A stretch of DNA of 64,000 bases, taken from Lingula anatina (Eukaryota > Animalia > Brachiopoda). Positions 25,660-38,225 of this stretch are shown here, one piece after another (the stretch's first letter is position 1; each line of letters starts with the position of its first letter). Made by a program: the position numbers and the translations under genes. The DNA lies in the NCBI GenBank assembly GCA_051362555.1, contig CM120649.1:14012001-14076000 (forward strand). The letters run 5' to 3'. Below the pieces are notes generated by a model. The model had not been told where the DNA came from, did no database searches, and saw only the letters and a program-made list of their open reading frames with translations.

Positions 25660-28516
25660 TTAGGTAGTCAGGCAGGTGGTGTGAAGCATAACATTGTTGT
25701 TGTTCGAAGACGGGAGTCCCTTCACTGTGCCCTTCTCCGCATACTGGATGATGTCATAGTTTAGAGTGTCAACGACGCTTGTGGCCGGTTCGCTGAAAAA
25801 CCCAGCGTCGGCATAGGCCTGCAACAAACCCGCGGCTGCACCGGCGACGAGAGGGGACGCCATTGACGTCCCATCAAGCTCTACTGAGCCGTGCGTGCTC
25901 GCGTAGTAGGCGCCCCTGATCTTCCTCCCTGGAGCGTAAATATCAACGCACGGTCCGATGTTACTAAACGGAGCCAAGTAATCATCTATTTGGGTGGCGC
26001 CAACTGTAAGCGCTCCGCTTACGCTTGCTGGGGATACATTACACGCATTGGCCTTGCCGTCATTTCCAGCGGCAATTACCACTGGAATGCCTGCATCCAA
26101 TACCGCGTACACGGCGTCATTGAGATAAGAGGAGTACCCACCACCGAGTGACATGTTAATGATTGACAGACGCTTGTTTTGTTGAACCCGTGACTTTATC
26201 CAGTTCAGTCCTGCCAGGATGTCCGAGGTTGGACACCCTGTCCAGGAGCACACCTTGACAGGAATAAGGTTCACCTGCTTGGCTGCTCCATAGGTGTCGC
26301 CGCCTAAGGTACTGGCCACATGGGTACCATGACCATGGGTGTCTCTGCTATCGGAGAAAGAACTCCCGTGCCATCCTGGAAAAACAACAAAGAACTCTGA
26401 TGAGAACGGTCTTCTTTCTGATTCTTGTCTTGTGCCAGGTCATCTTCTCCCTCCCTCTCTTTCTCTCTCTCTCTTATAATTTTAGCTTAATGTTACTTAC
26501 CTGATGACACTCTTCCTCCGAAGTCAGCGTGATCAGGATTAATTCCAGTGTCCATGACGTATGCGTCTATACCAGAGCCGGTTGCCCAGGTGGTGAAACT
26601 GTCGTCATCCCTTTCGTCATCTATTCGGTCTAAATTCTGCATCAAAAAGGAAGGAAGCCATGTTTAGAAAGAGGTCATTTTCTACTTCCGTAAGTAAAGG
26701 CGGTTGTTTTTTCTCGCCGTTGGTTTGTCTTTTTTGTTTGTTTGCTTTTGGATAAAAAATCTCAAAAACATCTTCACAAAGTTAGAGTTACGTGGGAGTT
26801 AAAGAAGTAATATCGATTACCGGTGAATGACATTTTTTCCTAGACGGGAGCCGGCAGTCATGTTTTTTATATCTTTTATTAAGACACTTTTACCATACGA
26901 AAAATGACTCATAGTCATTGACGCTCGATCAGGAACATACATATTTATGTACAACCTCAAACATACACATGCACGCACATAACATTTACCCATGTGTTAG
27001 ATGCTGGGGAAGGTCCTGTACAATAAGATCCATCAATCGACATTGCTTTATCTTGTTCGATTTCCGCAATGACGTCAGTAAGCTGGCGAAGCTGTTGAAG
27101 GTCACTATTAAAAATCAGAAGTTCTTGCAACAGTAACAACTGACAAAAATCCGAACAAACTATGCATATCTGAGAAAAAATTGTGTGGAATTTCTTCCCA
27201 TAACAAACTAATCAGAGAATTGTAAAATATCATATCTATAAAATGATGCTGGATAAAAAGATTACCCCACAGCATAATGAAAATCACACACAAAAAAACG
27301 AATAATGTTAAATTTTAACGGTCATTAAAATCAAAACTAATTTTTTAATCAAAAAGGCATCTGTTGAAGAATAAAATACCTTTCTTTTATACCCTTAAGT
27401 ATGGCGTAGCTGCTTTTTCTAGTGAACCTAACTTTTTGTTGGGAACCACTTCTTTTCAGGATGCTACGAACTGTAAAGGATGTAAAATTGTAACTATAAA
27501 ATGTGTGCGTATAATATATATTGCTTTTGAAATGAACGTTCAGCAGGCGTTTTTATTTTCATGACACTTCTAGACCTCTCTGTTGGGAAAATAATCATAT
27601 ACATGTACATGCTTGTACTTAATCTATACTAACTGTGTCTTTGGTATATTGACCATTCCACCAATAGTAAATTATAGTTACTTACAAGTACGGGAATTAA
27701 ATTTTAAACAACTTCATTGGCTGGTGTACCTACTTTTTCCATAGTCTCCCTCTGGCAGAAGATGGGCAATGTACTGGTCGGGAACAGCCGTGCCATCTGT
27801 GGCGGTTATCAGTGGCACTGAAATGCAAAGTGATGATTAAAAAAAGTGTTTTAAAAATGGATTATATCAAATATCAGCGACACTAGATACGCAACATATT
27901 TGAAAAACAGGCGATACTCAATAATGTATGTGATTTTAAGTCGCATACCAGATCTTTTAAATGCAAGGTAAGGATACAATTAAAACTTTGTTGGTGGCAC
28001 AAAATAAAGAAAATTAGAATATGCCTTGCAGTTTATAAATGGAAATGTCTGAAGTAGTAGGAATACTCATGCTTCACACATGTCGAAGTTTTAGTAAATG
28101 CCCTCTTCTTCAATTGAAACTCGCACACACATTGCTTTCAACAGGAATGATGACGAGCAATATGCTAGACATAGGATCATCTACCATTCCCTTAGTGTAT
28201 CCGAATTTGTGATTAACTCGTTCGTGGTTTTTATAATACACAAAGAAATGTAAAGAAAGAAAAAAGAAATGAAAAAAAAAACCTTATTTCAGATATCAAC
28301 ATTATTAACATTACCTAAGCCTTCTTCCTCGGAAATGTCTATCAGTCCTTTTGCCTTCATCATCCTTTTCATTTCTGCGGGGTTTTCCCTCTTCAAGTTC
28401 TTTAGTCTTTTGTTCTTGGGAATTTCGTCCATCTTTAACTTCAACTCACTGGCATACACCGGCCTTAACGCGACAAGCGTAAAAAACACGAAGGCGAGAA
28501 ACGCAGGAAATTTCAT
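25660..28516 (-). CDS. Secreted subtilisin-like serine protease, S8A proteinase-K/aqualysin type, copy 1 (447 aa: signal peptide, I9-like prodomain, catalytic domain)
   Basis: Exons 28516-28315, 27817-27734, 27470-27380, 27104-26990, 26636-26501 and 26375-25660 total 1344 nt with an open frame. Signal peptide MKFPAFLAFVFFTLVALRPVYA. Prodomain VPDQYIAHL...VIAEIEQD. Mature domain TWNLDRID, YVMDTGI (Asp), HGHGTHVA (His), NMSLGG, AAGND (oxyanion Asn), GTSMASP (Ser). Confidence 0.95.
26682..26770 (+). mobile_element. Degenerate 5' end of a HINE/Helentron-like element in subtilase intron 4 (also at ~39951-40035)
   Basis: TACTTCCG..AAGGCGGTTGTTTT..CGCCGTTGGTTTGTC..TGTTTGTTTG..GGATA..CTCAAAAA resembles a HINE left box followed by a GTTT microsatellite. 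Present in both duplicates. Confidence 0.4.
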
Positions 28517-29708
28517 GATTGCGGTTTTTCACCCAAATTTGCCGTTTCACCTTTGTCAGCTTTGAGGAATGTATTCAACCTGCTCAAAGCACGGTTCGTT
28601 GATCTTTTCTTTCACCAAGTCCGAGATTCGGCCGAATCCGTTTACGCCAAAGCTTAGGATCAGTCACTTTTGTACACATTCCAAAGTCACCTTGATAAAT
28701 AAAGCACGAACACACGTGTGGTTTCATTACATAAAATGGAGGGAGGCAGGACCTTAAACATGTAATCACTTGCTACAGCTGAGCATGTGTTGAATATTCG
28801 TAAAAGCAGAGAAGATTTTGGTATCAAAATGTACTCGCACTCAATAACAATGATAATAAGTGAATGTTTTATGTCGACCAAGAGAACTAGGAATAGATAT
28901 CAATCGAATCCAGGAACTTACGTGGTAAGATGTAAACGACATTGCAGTCTAACCCTGATACCTTCCTATAGGTAATGACCTAGATTGACCGGTCACCTGA
29001 TTTTTTGATAAACTAATGAACTCCAAAACTCTGCGATTGTCCTTCACACATAGATGCTGGTTACCCAATATATCAGAAGGATTTCACCATTCCTGACCAG
29101 GAGAAGAACTTGGGCTAAGTTGGCTTCAAAGAAAGCTGTTTAGGAGAAGGTGGAAAATAATACACTGAGGTCAAAGGTTTGACCTCTCAAACATTTGGGG
29201 TGGAGCCCCTGACTTCCACTTTAATTTAATTGTACTGAATTTTGGTGTAACAATTTCCGTTATCGAATTAATTAATGTATGGGCTCCGACATGACTCCAG
29301 ATCAGACTCGGTCTTCCACTTAACGTGCACAGAGAAGCATAGTAGAACAACCTCAAATCTTCAGTTCCAAATCTAAAGTGTATAGATAATATGAACAAAA
29401 ATTCAGATTTTATACACATTATCTACATGGAATCTATGATTGCCAGTAGCTGCTACTTATTTATATTATTTATTATTATATTATTATATTGTGCAATATT
29501 AACAGGTGATGCATCTGTCTCAGGCATATGTATAGGCCCCTACAGGTAATAACATGTTGACTAACTCTGATTACACAATGTGGAACTGGTGCAGGATTCC
29601 ACGCCCTAGAGAATATTCCTTAGTAAATAAGGTGACAAGTCCATAAAGGGAAAATAAAAAATGTCTTAGATCGACGTAAAAAATGTCTTAAATCGACAAT
29701 TACAGAAT

Positions 29709-29757
<49 letters not shown>

Positions 29758-29841
29758 AAACTATTTACATTTCTTGATCTTTAACTACAGGGAAAGCCTT
29801 GTTGAAAGCATTTTTTTATGCAAGTCAAATTCTAGCTTTTG

Positions 29842-30560
29842 ACTTTGAATTAAACCTTTATCTTGATTTTTGTGATCCTATACAATCAGTGAGTATAGGT
29901 AGGCTAGGCAGTTAACAGAGGCACCAAAATAAGATTTCTTTTTCAAAAACAACATTGAATATGTATATTTATTTCTTTAAAATCCCATAAATAAGCGACC
30001 ATCTTGTTTTGGGGAGGAATTCTGGGACGGAGTACAAGACTGATATGAATAAGTATGACAGAGAGTCATCATATGCATAATTTGGTGCTTTATTCACCGT
30101 GTCACGATTTGACCATTTATTCACACTGATCTGCAGCTTGGTTTAAAGTATTGATACCGCTGATGGCCTCGCATGGAGACACCTTGGAGACACGCTTTGG
30201 ACTTTGAATTTAACCTTGTTCTTGATTTTTGTGATCCCAAACAATCAGTGAGTATATGTAGGCTAGGCAGTTAACAGAGGCACCAAAATAAGATTTCTTT
30301 TTCAAAAACTACGTCAAATATGCATATTTATTTCTTTAAAATCCCATAAGTAGGCGGCCATGTTGAGTTTTGGGAGGGATTCTGGGAGGGACTACAAGAC
30401 TGATAAGCATAAGTATGACAGAAAGTCATCACATGCATAATTTGGTGTTTTATTCACCGTGTCACGATGTGACCTTTAATTCACGCTGGTCAGCAGGTTG
30501 TTTTAAAATATTAATACAGCTTATGCCAAGTATGGAAATACCTCGAAGACACGCGATGGA
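29842..30560. repeat. Two tandem ~360-bp repeats upstream of subtilase copy 1 (paralogous pair at ~43200-43900)
   Basis: TCTTGATTTTTGTGATCC..CAATCAGTGAGTATA..AGGCTAGGCAGTTAACAGAGGCACC..AAGTATGACAGARAGTCATCA occurs twice in each duplication unit. Confidence 0.85.
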
Positions 30561-32280
30561 TCAATTTTCTAGAATGTCCTTTTTGGAATATGCGTTTGTT
30601 TCATTAAGTATTCACCAAAGGAATCTGCTTAAGTTGTACTGATAAAGGTAAATCAATGGTGTATATAAGTAAATCGGTATGATATAAGTTATTAAGTATG
30701 GCCACTTTGCCCATTGATTATTTTTACGAAATGTGGGCAATCAAATGAATGCTATTTAAGGAGCGGATGTACCCAAATATAGCTAAAAATAGCCATTTTT
30801 GGTTTTTTATGTCTAATTATTGGTTAAACGTGTATCTAACGTTTAACAGAATAAAATTTTTACATTTTGAACAAAAAATTTGTTTTTTCTGGTTATTCTG
30901 ATGCTGCACACATCGACAGCGGTGGCCTGGTATATGCCCCGCCTTCGTTGTCAAGGGCCGTTGGCATGGGTAAACTCGGTGGGCGGACCTTAGCAGCATC
31001 AGCACGTCTAGGGAAACAATAGAACAGGGATGCACCATGCCCCCTTTGTCATAAACAGCGATCGGCAAAGCAGTGCCTATTGTTCCGCTTAAGCTGTTTT
31101 GATAGTCTCTCTTGATTGTGATCAGCGCTAAGATGAATCTTTTCCGACACATTGGATTTGCTCGAAATACTCGTTCTCCCTTGAATATTGCTTGTTGTTA
31201 CACGCGTTCTTTCGATTTTCTTGTTAACTTTTTGAGATACGCAAAAGAAAAGAAGAAAATTCCGTTGCTTGCTACCCGTGACAACAATCGTCATTCTTTC
31301 TATCCATTTTCGCCAACAGGTCGATGCAGTTTAGTGTTAGATTTTAAAAATATACATGGGGGTAACTAGGCATACACACGGATGCACTGTGCGTACATTT
31401 TTTTGGCCAACCATGATATTATTTTATATAAATTTAGTGTATTTTTCACGGAATATAAAGAAATTCTCTGCTTATTAAAGTCACCTGTATGAACAAATCC
31501 TCTGTATCAATTGTATAGTCACAATTGTTCTGACACCCCCCTCCCCCCGTCTTGCATACTTTTATTGAACTGAGGTAAACAATGCCTGAAACCTTAACAA
31601 GTTTTATCTTAATCGTCCATCTAACTGGAACTTCCTTTACCTCTTTATTGGAGGGTTCAGTGGCCCACAACTCACCTGAAGCCTCGCTGGCAATATTTAT
31701 CTCAGGTAAAAAATCTACCTGTGTGTTATTTTCAAAGAGCAGCTCACGCAACCCTGAGGGCATTAGATATTTAATCTGGACACCAGGTTTCATAAGGAGC
31801 TAGAGAAACGAAGGAAGGATTTTTCCTGCAAAGCGTCAAAGAATTTTGACACGGACTTGACCCAGCTTATCCCTCCAAACTAACAGGGTGACATGGACAA
31901 TTTTTACAAACATATAATAAAACTTAGATGTATCAGAGCTCTGTCGTGTCGTACAATTGGTTGTTATGGGGAGCCATGCATCCACATGTAAGGTTAATGA
32001 AATCTAATGTTAGTTCAACTCAGAGGCGGATCCAGGATTATTCGAAGGGCGTTCCACGTATGCGAAGCTAGCCTCCTTTTAAATAAATATACCATTCTGG
32101 GTAATAAGTTTATTGAAACTTTTTTAATTGCGAGAATATTTCTGACTAAATGATGTTTTATTATTAATGGAAATTAAGCTGCGGTGTGTGGTACATATGC
32201 TGTGATTACGCTGTCCTTCATCTCTTGCGTTAGTCTATATTTTGCTGGGAATGTAAAAAATCTGTGCGTACAATTTTTTA

Positions 32281-35200
32281 AATAATAATAATAATAATAA
32301 TATTTATTTCTTAAAACCGCACTACACTAGCGTCTCAGTGCTGTTTACAGGTAAAACTATTAGGATTACAACTTATTATATATATAATAAAAGCTAAGGT
32401 AAAAAAAAAAAAAAAACAATTAAAATAATTAAAACTGGTTAAAATAGTAATGGTCTGAACAATAAAACTTTTTTTCTGATAAAATGAGAAGATATTAATT
32501 AAAATACTGTGCAAATAAGAATGTTTTTAAATCTTTTTTAAAAACCTCAACACTGTCAATAGTCCGAATGTGTGAGGGTAACTGATTCCATAAAATTGGT
32601 GCTGAAATTGAAAATGCCCTGTGGCCGTAGGTTTTGGTTGTTTTTTTATTATCATTTCTGATAAAACAAGGAGTGGAGGTGGATCTGGTAGACCTGGTGA
32701 GACTGGGTGTACTTGGATGTAGCATCGAGTTAAAATATGAGGGGCATTCACCTCTAGTGAATTTAAAAACAAACAACAGTAATTTAAAAACAATTCTCTG
32801 TCGTACAGGAAGCCAATGTAGTTCGAATAAAATGGGTGAAATGTTTGATCTGAGAGGGATTTTGGTCAGTAGTCGTGCTGCAGCATTTTGGACAGATTGC
32901 AATTTTTCAATTTGATAGGTAGGAAGACCATACAGTAGACTGTTTCCGTAGTCAAGATGTGAAGTTATAAAGGCATGGACAAGCCTCTCCATTTGACTTT
33001 TATCAAGGATGTGAGATAGTTTGGAAATTTTTTTAAGACCATAGAAAGCGGCTTTGCATTTTTTGCTGATGTCGGCAGCCATATCGCACCTATTATCAAA
33101 AATTACTCCAAGGTTTTTTAACCTCATCTTTTACCGTGACTGTACTGTTTCCAATTTCTAATAGTTCTAGTTTTTCCGCATCCTTAGAAAAACGAGAAGT
33201 AAAGTGAACTACTTCTGTTTTGCCATCATTGAAAACAAGTGAATTGGCATTAAGCCATTGGCTCAACTGAATAATACATTTCTGGATAGATGGTATTACA
33301 TCTGATGGCCTGTCGCAAACAATATAAATTTGTGAGTCGTCTGCATAGAGCATAAGGTTAAAACCGTACTCAGAGACAATGTCCTCAATTGGTGACGTGT
33401 AGAGAGTGAACAGGATGGGGCCGAGTACAGAACCTTGTGGTACACCACAAGTTAGTGGTGTTGACGGTGATTTGTGAGTGCCTATAGGGACAGTCGGGCT
33501 GACGTCACACGCCTTAGCAACCGGCATCTGGGGTAAAACAAATCGGGCAACATGGCGGATCGCATTGACTTCTATGTAAAAGTTGGCAGACTTTGTCCGG
33601 AGATATCATTCTTCACAGTGCTTGACCACTTGTGTCAGTGAGGATGAGTTATTTACCTGGTTGATTTCCTTTACAGGCTTTTGTAATTAGCAGCTGCACA
33701 CCGGGTTAAGAGATAAAATCGTCCCTTATATAACTGCCGATCGTTATCTGTGATCGGGAATTTTACAGCAGAAGATTTTGCAAAGGCAGTGCTTGACCTT
33801 TTGTGTCGGGCGCGTTGAATCATTTACCTGGTCTATTGAGTCAGCAGGCCTTTGTAATAAGCTACTGTTTAACTTGTTACGAGATAAAATTGGTCTTAAC
33901 TGCATACGCAAATGTCCACAATAAGTACCTGTACATGTACATGAGGTAGTGAAATAGGAATGGCTTCTTAGAACGTGGATCGTAAGAAAGACCTGGGAAA
34001 TGTGCAACACTGAGAAGTTATTAGAATAGGATTTCTACAAATTGTGATTAAATCACCTGCTGCTGCAATAGCCTGGGGAACGGGATAGGGGCAATGTCAT
34101 CGGTCCCATGGCCTCTTTGGTCTGTATACAGTTCATATGTATATTAATGCAAGCCTGGAAGGACAGCATAAACAGTTGCTTGCCAACTTTTTGGAAGAGA
34201 AGACACGTTGTGTTACCTGTATTAATATTGGCAGCTACGCGTCATATGAGTGTTTACAATCTTATTGTGCACTTTTCTGGCGAAATATCATGGAAGACAG
34301 AACGTTAAGTTTCAAAACGTACAAGATTAAAATTAAATTGAATAACAAACACGGCAATAAAGCTGTATGTTATTTTACCAGTTAAGGTCGCTTTATCTAT
34401 GGCAACTTTTTTAAAATTTTACTTTGATAACTTAAAGATTTAGACATTACCTCACAAGTTTGTCAATATATTGACGAACATATTTTTTCTTACCTTTATG
34501 ACGCCATCAATTAACTTACAACAAAAAAGTTTGACGTTATAGTCCATTAATTTTAACTATAAGAATTGATATACCGTCACACATGCCAAAACAAGATGCA
34601 ATCTCAATTTCTTGTAACTACTACTAATTAATTCCTGTAACAAATGAAAAACATAAATACCAAACAAGGTACAATGACTTTCTCCTTATCTATAATAAAA
34701 TGAACTATACACACATACACAAATCTTGTAGTGCATGTATAGCTACGACCAAATCTTGTTTCGATCAACAGTCTCGTCTTTAGTCACGTTTGCACGACCT
34801 TTAGCCTGCAACAGTCGTTTACTTTTCCGTTGATCTTTGAAATTTAACAAATCCCATTAGACTTTATTAATGTATTTGTGTCACCTGATACACAGCAAGC
34901 TTCCACCATTTAACTTTTGCACGTGCCTGAGAGTTAAACAGTACCGGTTCACTTCAGTAGACCTGCAAAATGTACCCGTCATATGTGTCTGCAATATGCA
35001 ACGTCAACAGTTATTAGTACAATTGAAACCTTCCTTGATAATATCAGTTGCTTCCATGTGGTTTTCTTTTCAATGAGATGTGAATATTATTATTCTCATC
35101 CAGGTAAGCAAATGAGTCTTTGCAATCTACTACTGTAAGATTCCTGATCACAGATAACGATCGGCAGTTAAGGCCGATTTTATCTCTTAACCAGGTGTGC

Positions 35201-35590
35201 AGCAGCTAATTACAAAAGCCTGTAAAGGAAATCAACCAGGTAAATAACTCATCCTCACTGACACAAGTGGTCAGGCACTGTGAAGTATGATATCTTCGGA
35301 TAAAGCCTGCCAACTTTTACATAGAAGTCAATGCGATCCGCCATGTTGCCCGATTTGTTTTACCCCAGATGCCGGTTGCTAAGGTAAAGTGCCCGGATGA
35401 CCGACTGTCCCTATTGAGACTGATTGTTCACGCTCAGTCAGGTATGATTTGAACCATGCCAATGCAATACCATCTATACCGAAACGATTTTTTAGTCTGT
35501 TGAACAAAATTTCGTGGTTTATTGTGTCAAAGGCTGCAGACAAATCAAGTAATAATAAGACCACTTGTTTCTGATCATTGAGTGCCAGGT
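32281..35590 (-). mobile_element. 5'-truncated LINE (CR1/L2-group reverse transcriptase), interrupted and frameshifted
   Basis: [15 protein letters not shown] (35564-) joins across the 33486-35412 insertion into GVPQGSVLGPILF and YADDSQIY. A +1 A-run frameshift lies near 33120, then NLGVIFD...LHWLPVRQRIVFK...FKKDLKT runs to the stop at 32495. The 3' UTR ends TGTAAACAGCACTGAG...AAATAAA followed by an (ATT)n tail at 32281-32300. Confidence 0.9.
33486..35412. mobile_element. 1927-bp non-autonomous DNA transposon with ~300-bp TIRs and an AT TSD (ISL2EU/PIF-Harbinger-like)
   Basis: Termini AGGGACAGTCGG...CCGACTGTCCCT. 33512-33790 is inverted at ~35115-35384. AT occurs at 33484-85 and 35413-14. 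Removing the element and one AT restores the LINE frame QSVSIG-THKSP. Confidence 0.88.
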
Positions 35591-38225
35591 CTGGTTACGC
35601 CCCTGAATCTATGCAACTTGGGCAATTCGGCCCTAGCATCGAGGCTCAACTCCTATTTATTTCTGCTTACCATTGGTAATCGGAAAATCAACAATGATAA
35701 TATCTAACCTTTCCACCTGTTTTCGAACCATTTTTCGCTTGGCGAATGTGGACAAGACCGCATGCGATGCTGCTATTGTGTGCACATCCTAGAGCGCATC
35801 CCTAACACTTGCCCTGACGGCAATTGACGTGGCCACTGATTGCTTGGGTCATTAGGGCTTACTAGATTGCCTGTCAATCATTCTGGCAGTGCTAGCGGTA
35901 ACCCCTTGAAGTTACTAACAGGAGGTGAGATTGATACAAAAATAAGATTTTCTGACATCCAAATACATGCAAACAAGCTAATTTCAACCGGCAAAAGAGT
36001 ACCCATCTTCGCGATCGTCAGAACGATAACAGGTAAAGCTGTCAACAATTTTATTTGCTTATATGGACAATTAACTTCACTGAAAGGGTTTTTGCTCGTT
36101 TTCTTTGCTTTCAATATTGACGAGATAGCGTTATCTTAACAAGCTTTAACTATCTACCTGTACACCTGAGGGAGACCAAATTCACCATGCTAATTATGAA
36201 CAGTATGCTCTAAAAGTGCTTTTTAAGAAATTTTGATTGATCCTCTCTTTTCTAATTTATAGACTTTGAAAGTGAAAATTCCCTAATATTTTGATGTAAT
36301 TTCACGTTTTTATAGATAAAATCAACAATAAGTGTCTGAAGAAAAATCCCTGACTCCATGCTGTAGTACTTTGTTCAAGTGTCATAATGACATCAAAAGC
36401 AAGTTTATAGCTGTCCAGGTGCCTGAGAAAATCAGGTGTATAAAAATGGTGTTTTTGTCCCCAAAATCCCAATATTACGTCACACGATGAAGTTAAAGCT
36501 GTGTTCCAAGCATAATTAGATATTTTGAAGATACGTTAAATGAATGTGACAGGAATAAAAAAGCCAAGACCTTTATTTTAAGAGAAAATCTCAAACCTAC
36601 ATTCCCTCCTTAAGTTCATCGTGTTAACTGCAGTCGTTTTCCACTACTTTCACAGAATAACAGAGAAAGTTTGCGAGAGCTACAATGATCGTTCTCTTAT
36701 GGGATATCCACACTAAATGCTTTTTAAGCCGATAGTTGAATATAATTTAAAGACAAACCATTTAGAGTGAATTAAAGGTAGTTCACTAATGGTACCTTGC
36801 GAGAATTCTTTTGAAAAATATGGCAGATGTTTTATATCGACTTGCAAGTTCATAACTTTTACATAGTTAGCATAAGTAATTTAAATTTATCTAAATTATT
36901 CATCAGACACAGGTATTCGTGAAGAAATTTTCAATTATTCGGGAAGAATCACAATACTAAACAGGTTAACTTAAAACTTAAAAAATGTAAGAACTTAATA
37001 AATAAGCTGCTGATAACATTTTAGAAATCATGTAATTGAACCAGTGCAACAGCAAGGGCATGTTGATTTAAATATGTTATTAATTGTATAAAGATCCATG
37101 TATATATTTTACTTACTATTATGAATTTTTTTCTAAATATTTAGTATAAGACTGTGTGTCACAGTTCGATTTTTTTCATTTGTTTGCAGTGTATTGCTAT
37201 ATTCTTATTAATTTTCAGAACATTTTGATTATTAAAGGAGAAGGTTGATTTGAATGAGGGACCATTCATGGGATTTTGATATAAACATAAATATTAACAA
37301 ATAAGACCAGCAATTTTTTATTGCTAAATATGGACTATTACTTTAGACCTTTATTTACTTTAAGCCAAGTTTGCAGTTACAGTCATTTTAACTTTTCTTA
37401 AAAATTCAAAAAAAAAAAAAAAAAAAAAAAATTAGGAGCACAAGTAGTCCTTTTAGCATTTCCTTTGAAATGTACTGAGGTATCTCCAAATGAAAAAAGG
37501 AAGAAAATTAATATCAACACAAATCCCATGAATTCCATTTACATCATTGCTATTTTCACAATTTTTTATCAAAATGTTTGTTTTGGTGACTTTCAATTTA
37601 TTCTGTGAATAAGATTCAAGTCTTGTTATTTTTTGTTTTGTTTTTGCTTTGTTTCTAAATTGAGCCATAATCAAGAGTATGAAACTAATCATAAATATGA
37701 GAATTTATATTAGATAGGATATGCATAGTCAGATTTATGAAAGAAGTATAAAAATCGGGGAAAAAGTAGTAAAATGTCAAGTTAAGAAAAATTATATAGA
37801 TCACAAACAGTTATCTCCATTGTACAGGTCATGGCTTTCCACCACAGATGGCAGATTTAAGGATTTTCAATAAAATTATTTTCAAATTGGTTAGAATTAG
37901 CCTCTTTTCTCTTGACTGAAAAGGCTCTTTGCGCAGCTATACGTCGTTGTCATTTGCACTATTTCATGTCTTTGATATGCTCATTCCGCGTTGTTGTGTG
38001 TGTGCTAGAAGTATAACAATGTTTTAAGTATCCAAAATTCACCTTACGAAACCAGTAAGTACCAGTAGATCACACCTACCAACTAATAAGTTGTAACTCA
38101 TCACAATCGTTGTGCGAAGTATTGTATTTTTATTCTTTAGATGATTTAACATCGAGTTGTCATAATTTCCACATAACATCAAATTAGTACACCTATTACA
38201 CCGGGGTACCCACCAATGCCGTGAT

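Larger units (their letters stand above)
32021..35606. mobile_element. Possible CAG...CTG (hAT-like) element shell enclosing the LINE
   Basis: CAGAGGCGGATCCAGG at 32021 versus the reverse complement CAGGGGCGTAACCAGA ending ~35606. No clean TSD was found. Confidence 0.35.
30760..36609. mobile_element. TTAA-targeting DNA transposon, Kolobok-like (GG...CC termini), non-autonomous, with nested insertions
   Basis: TTAA at 30756-30759 and 36610-36613. Imperfect TIR GGAGCGGATGTA / TACATTCCCTCC (10 of 12 match). The paralogous unit has the empty site with a single TTAA at 44113-44116. Confidence 0.8.
23507..36980. repeat. Tandem segmental duplication, unit 1 (~7.6 kb plus a 5.85-kb insertion)
   Basis: Starts at AAAATATGTAAAAACTTAATAAATAAGCTGCTGA (~23510) and is colinear with unit 2 through the subtilase gene and its upstream region. 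Ends ...AATCACAATACTAAACAGGTTAACTT (~36970), directly abutting unit 2. Confidence 0.9.

Noticed and set aside
25891-26151. Antisense ORFs over the subtilase exons (also 39144-39404, 28269-28565, 41638-41985)
   Set aside because: Shadow frames, shared only because the region is duplicated.
25660-26375. Subtilase as bacterial or fungal contamination
   Set aside because: It has five GT-AG introns with host-type microsatellites and is continuous with animal genes.
30370-30642. Recurrent MTESHHMHNLVFYSPCHD ORFs (also 43370, 43721) as a small gene family
   Set aside because: They come from the ~360-bp repeat. One copy has stops, the starts are non-ATG, and there is no splice or signal-peptide support.
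32495-35564. Functional reverse transcriptase gene or retron-like system
   Set aside because: It is 5'-truncated, split by a DNA transposon, frameshifted, and ends in a LINE-type (ATT)n tail.
30760-36609. piggyBac assignment, or an autonomous element (ORFs 30817-31152, 31446-31793, 35878-36114)
   Set aside because: Termini are GG...CC, not CC...GG. I could not recognise a DDE, THAP or tyrosine-recombinase motif in these ORFs, and I saw no long terminal direct repeats.
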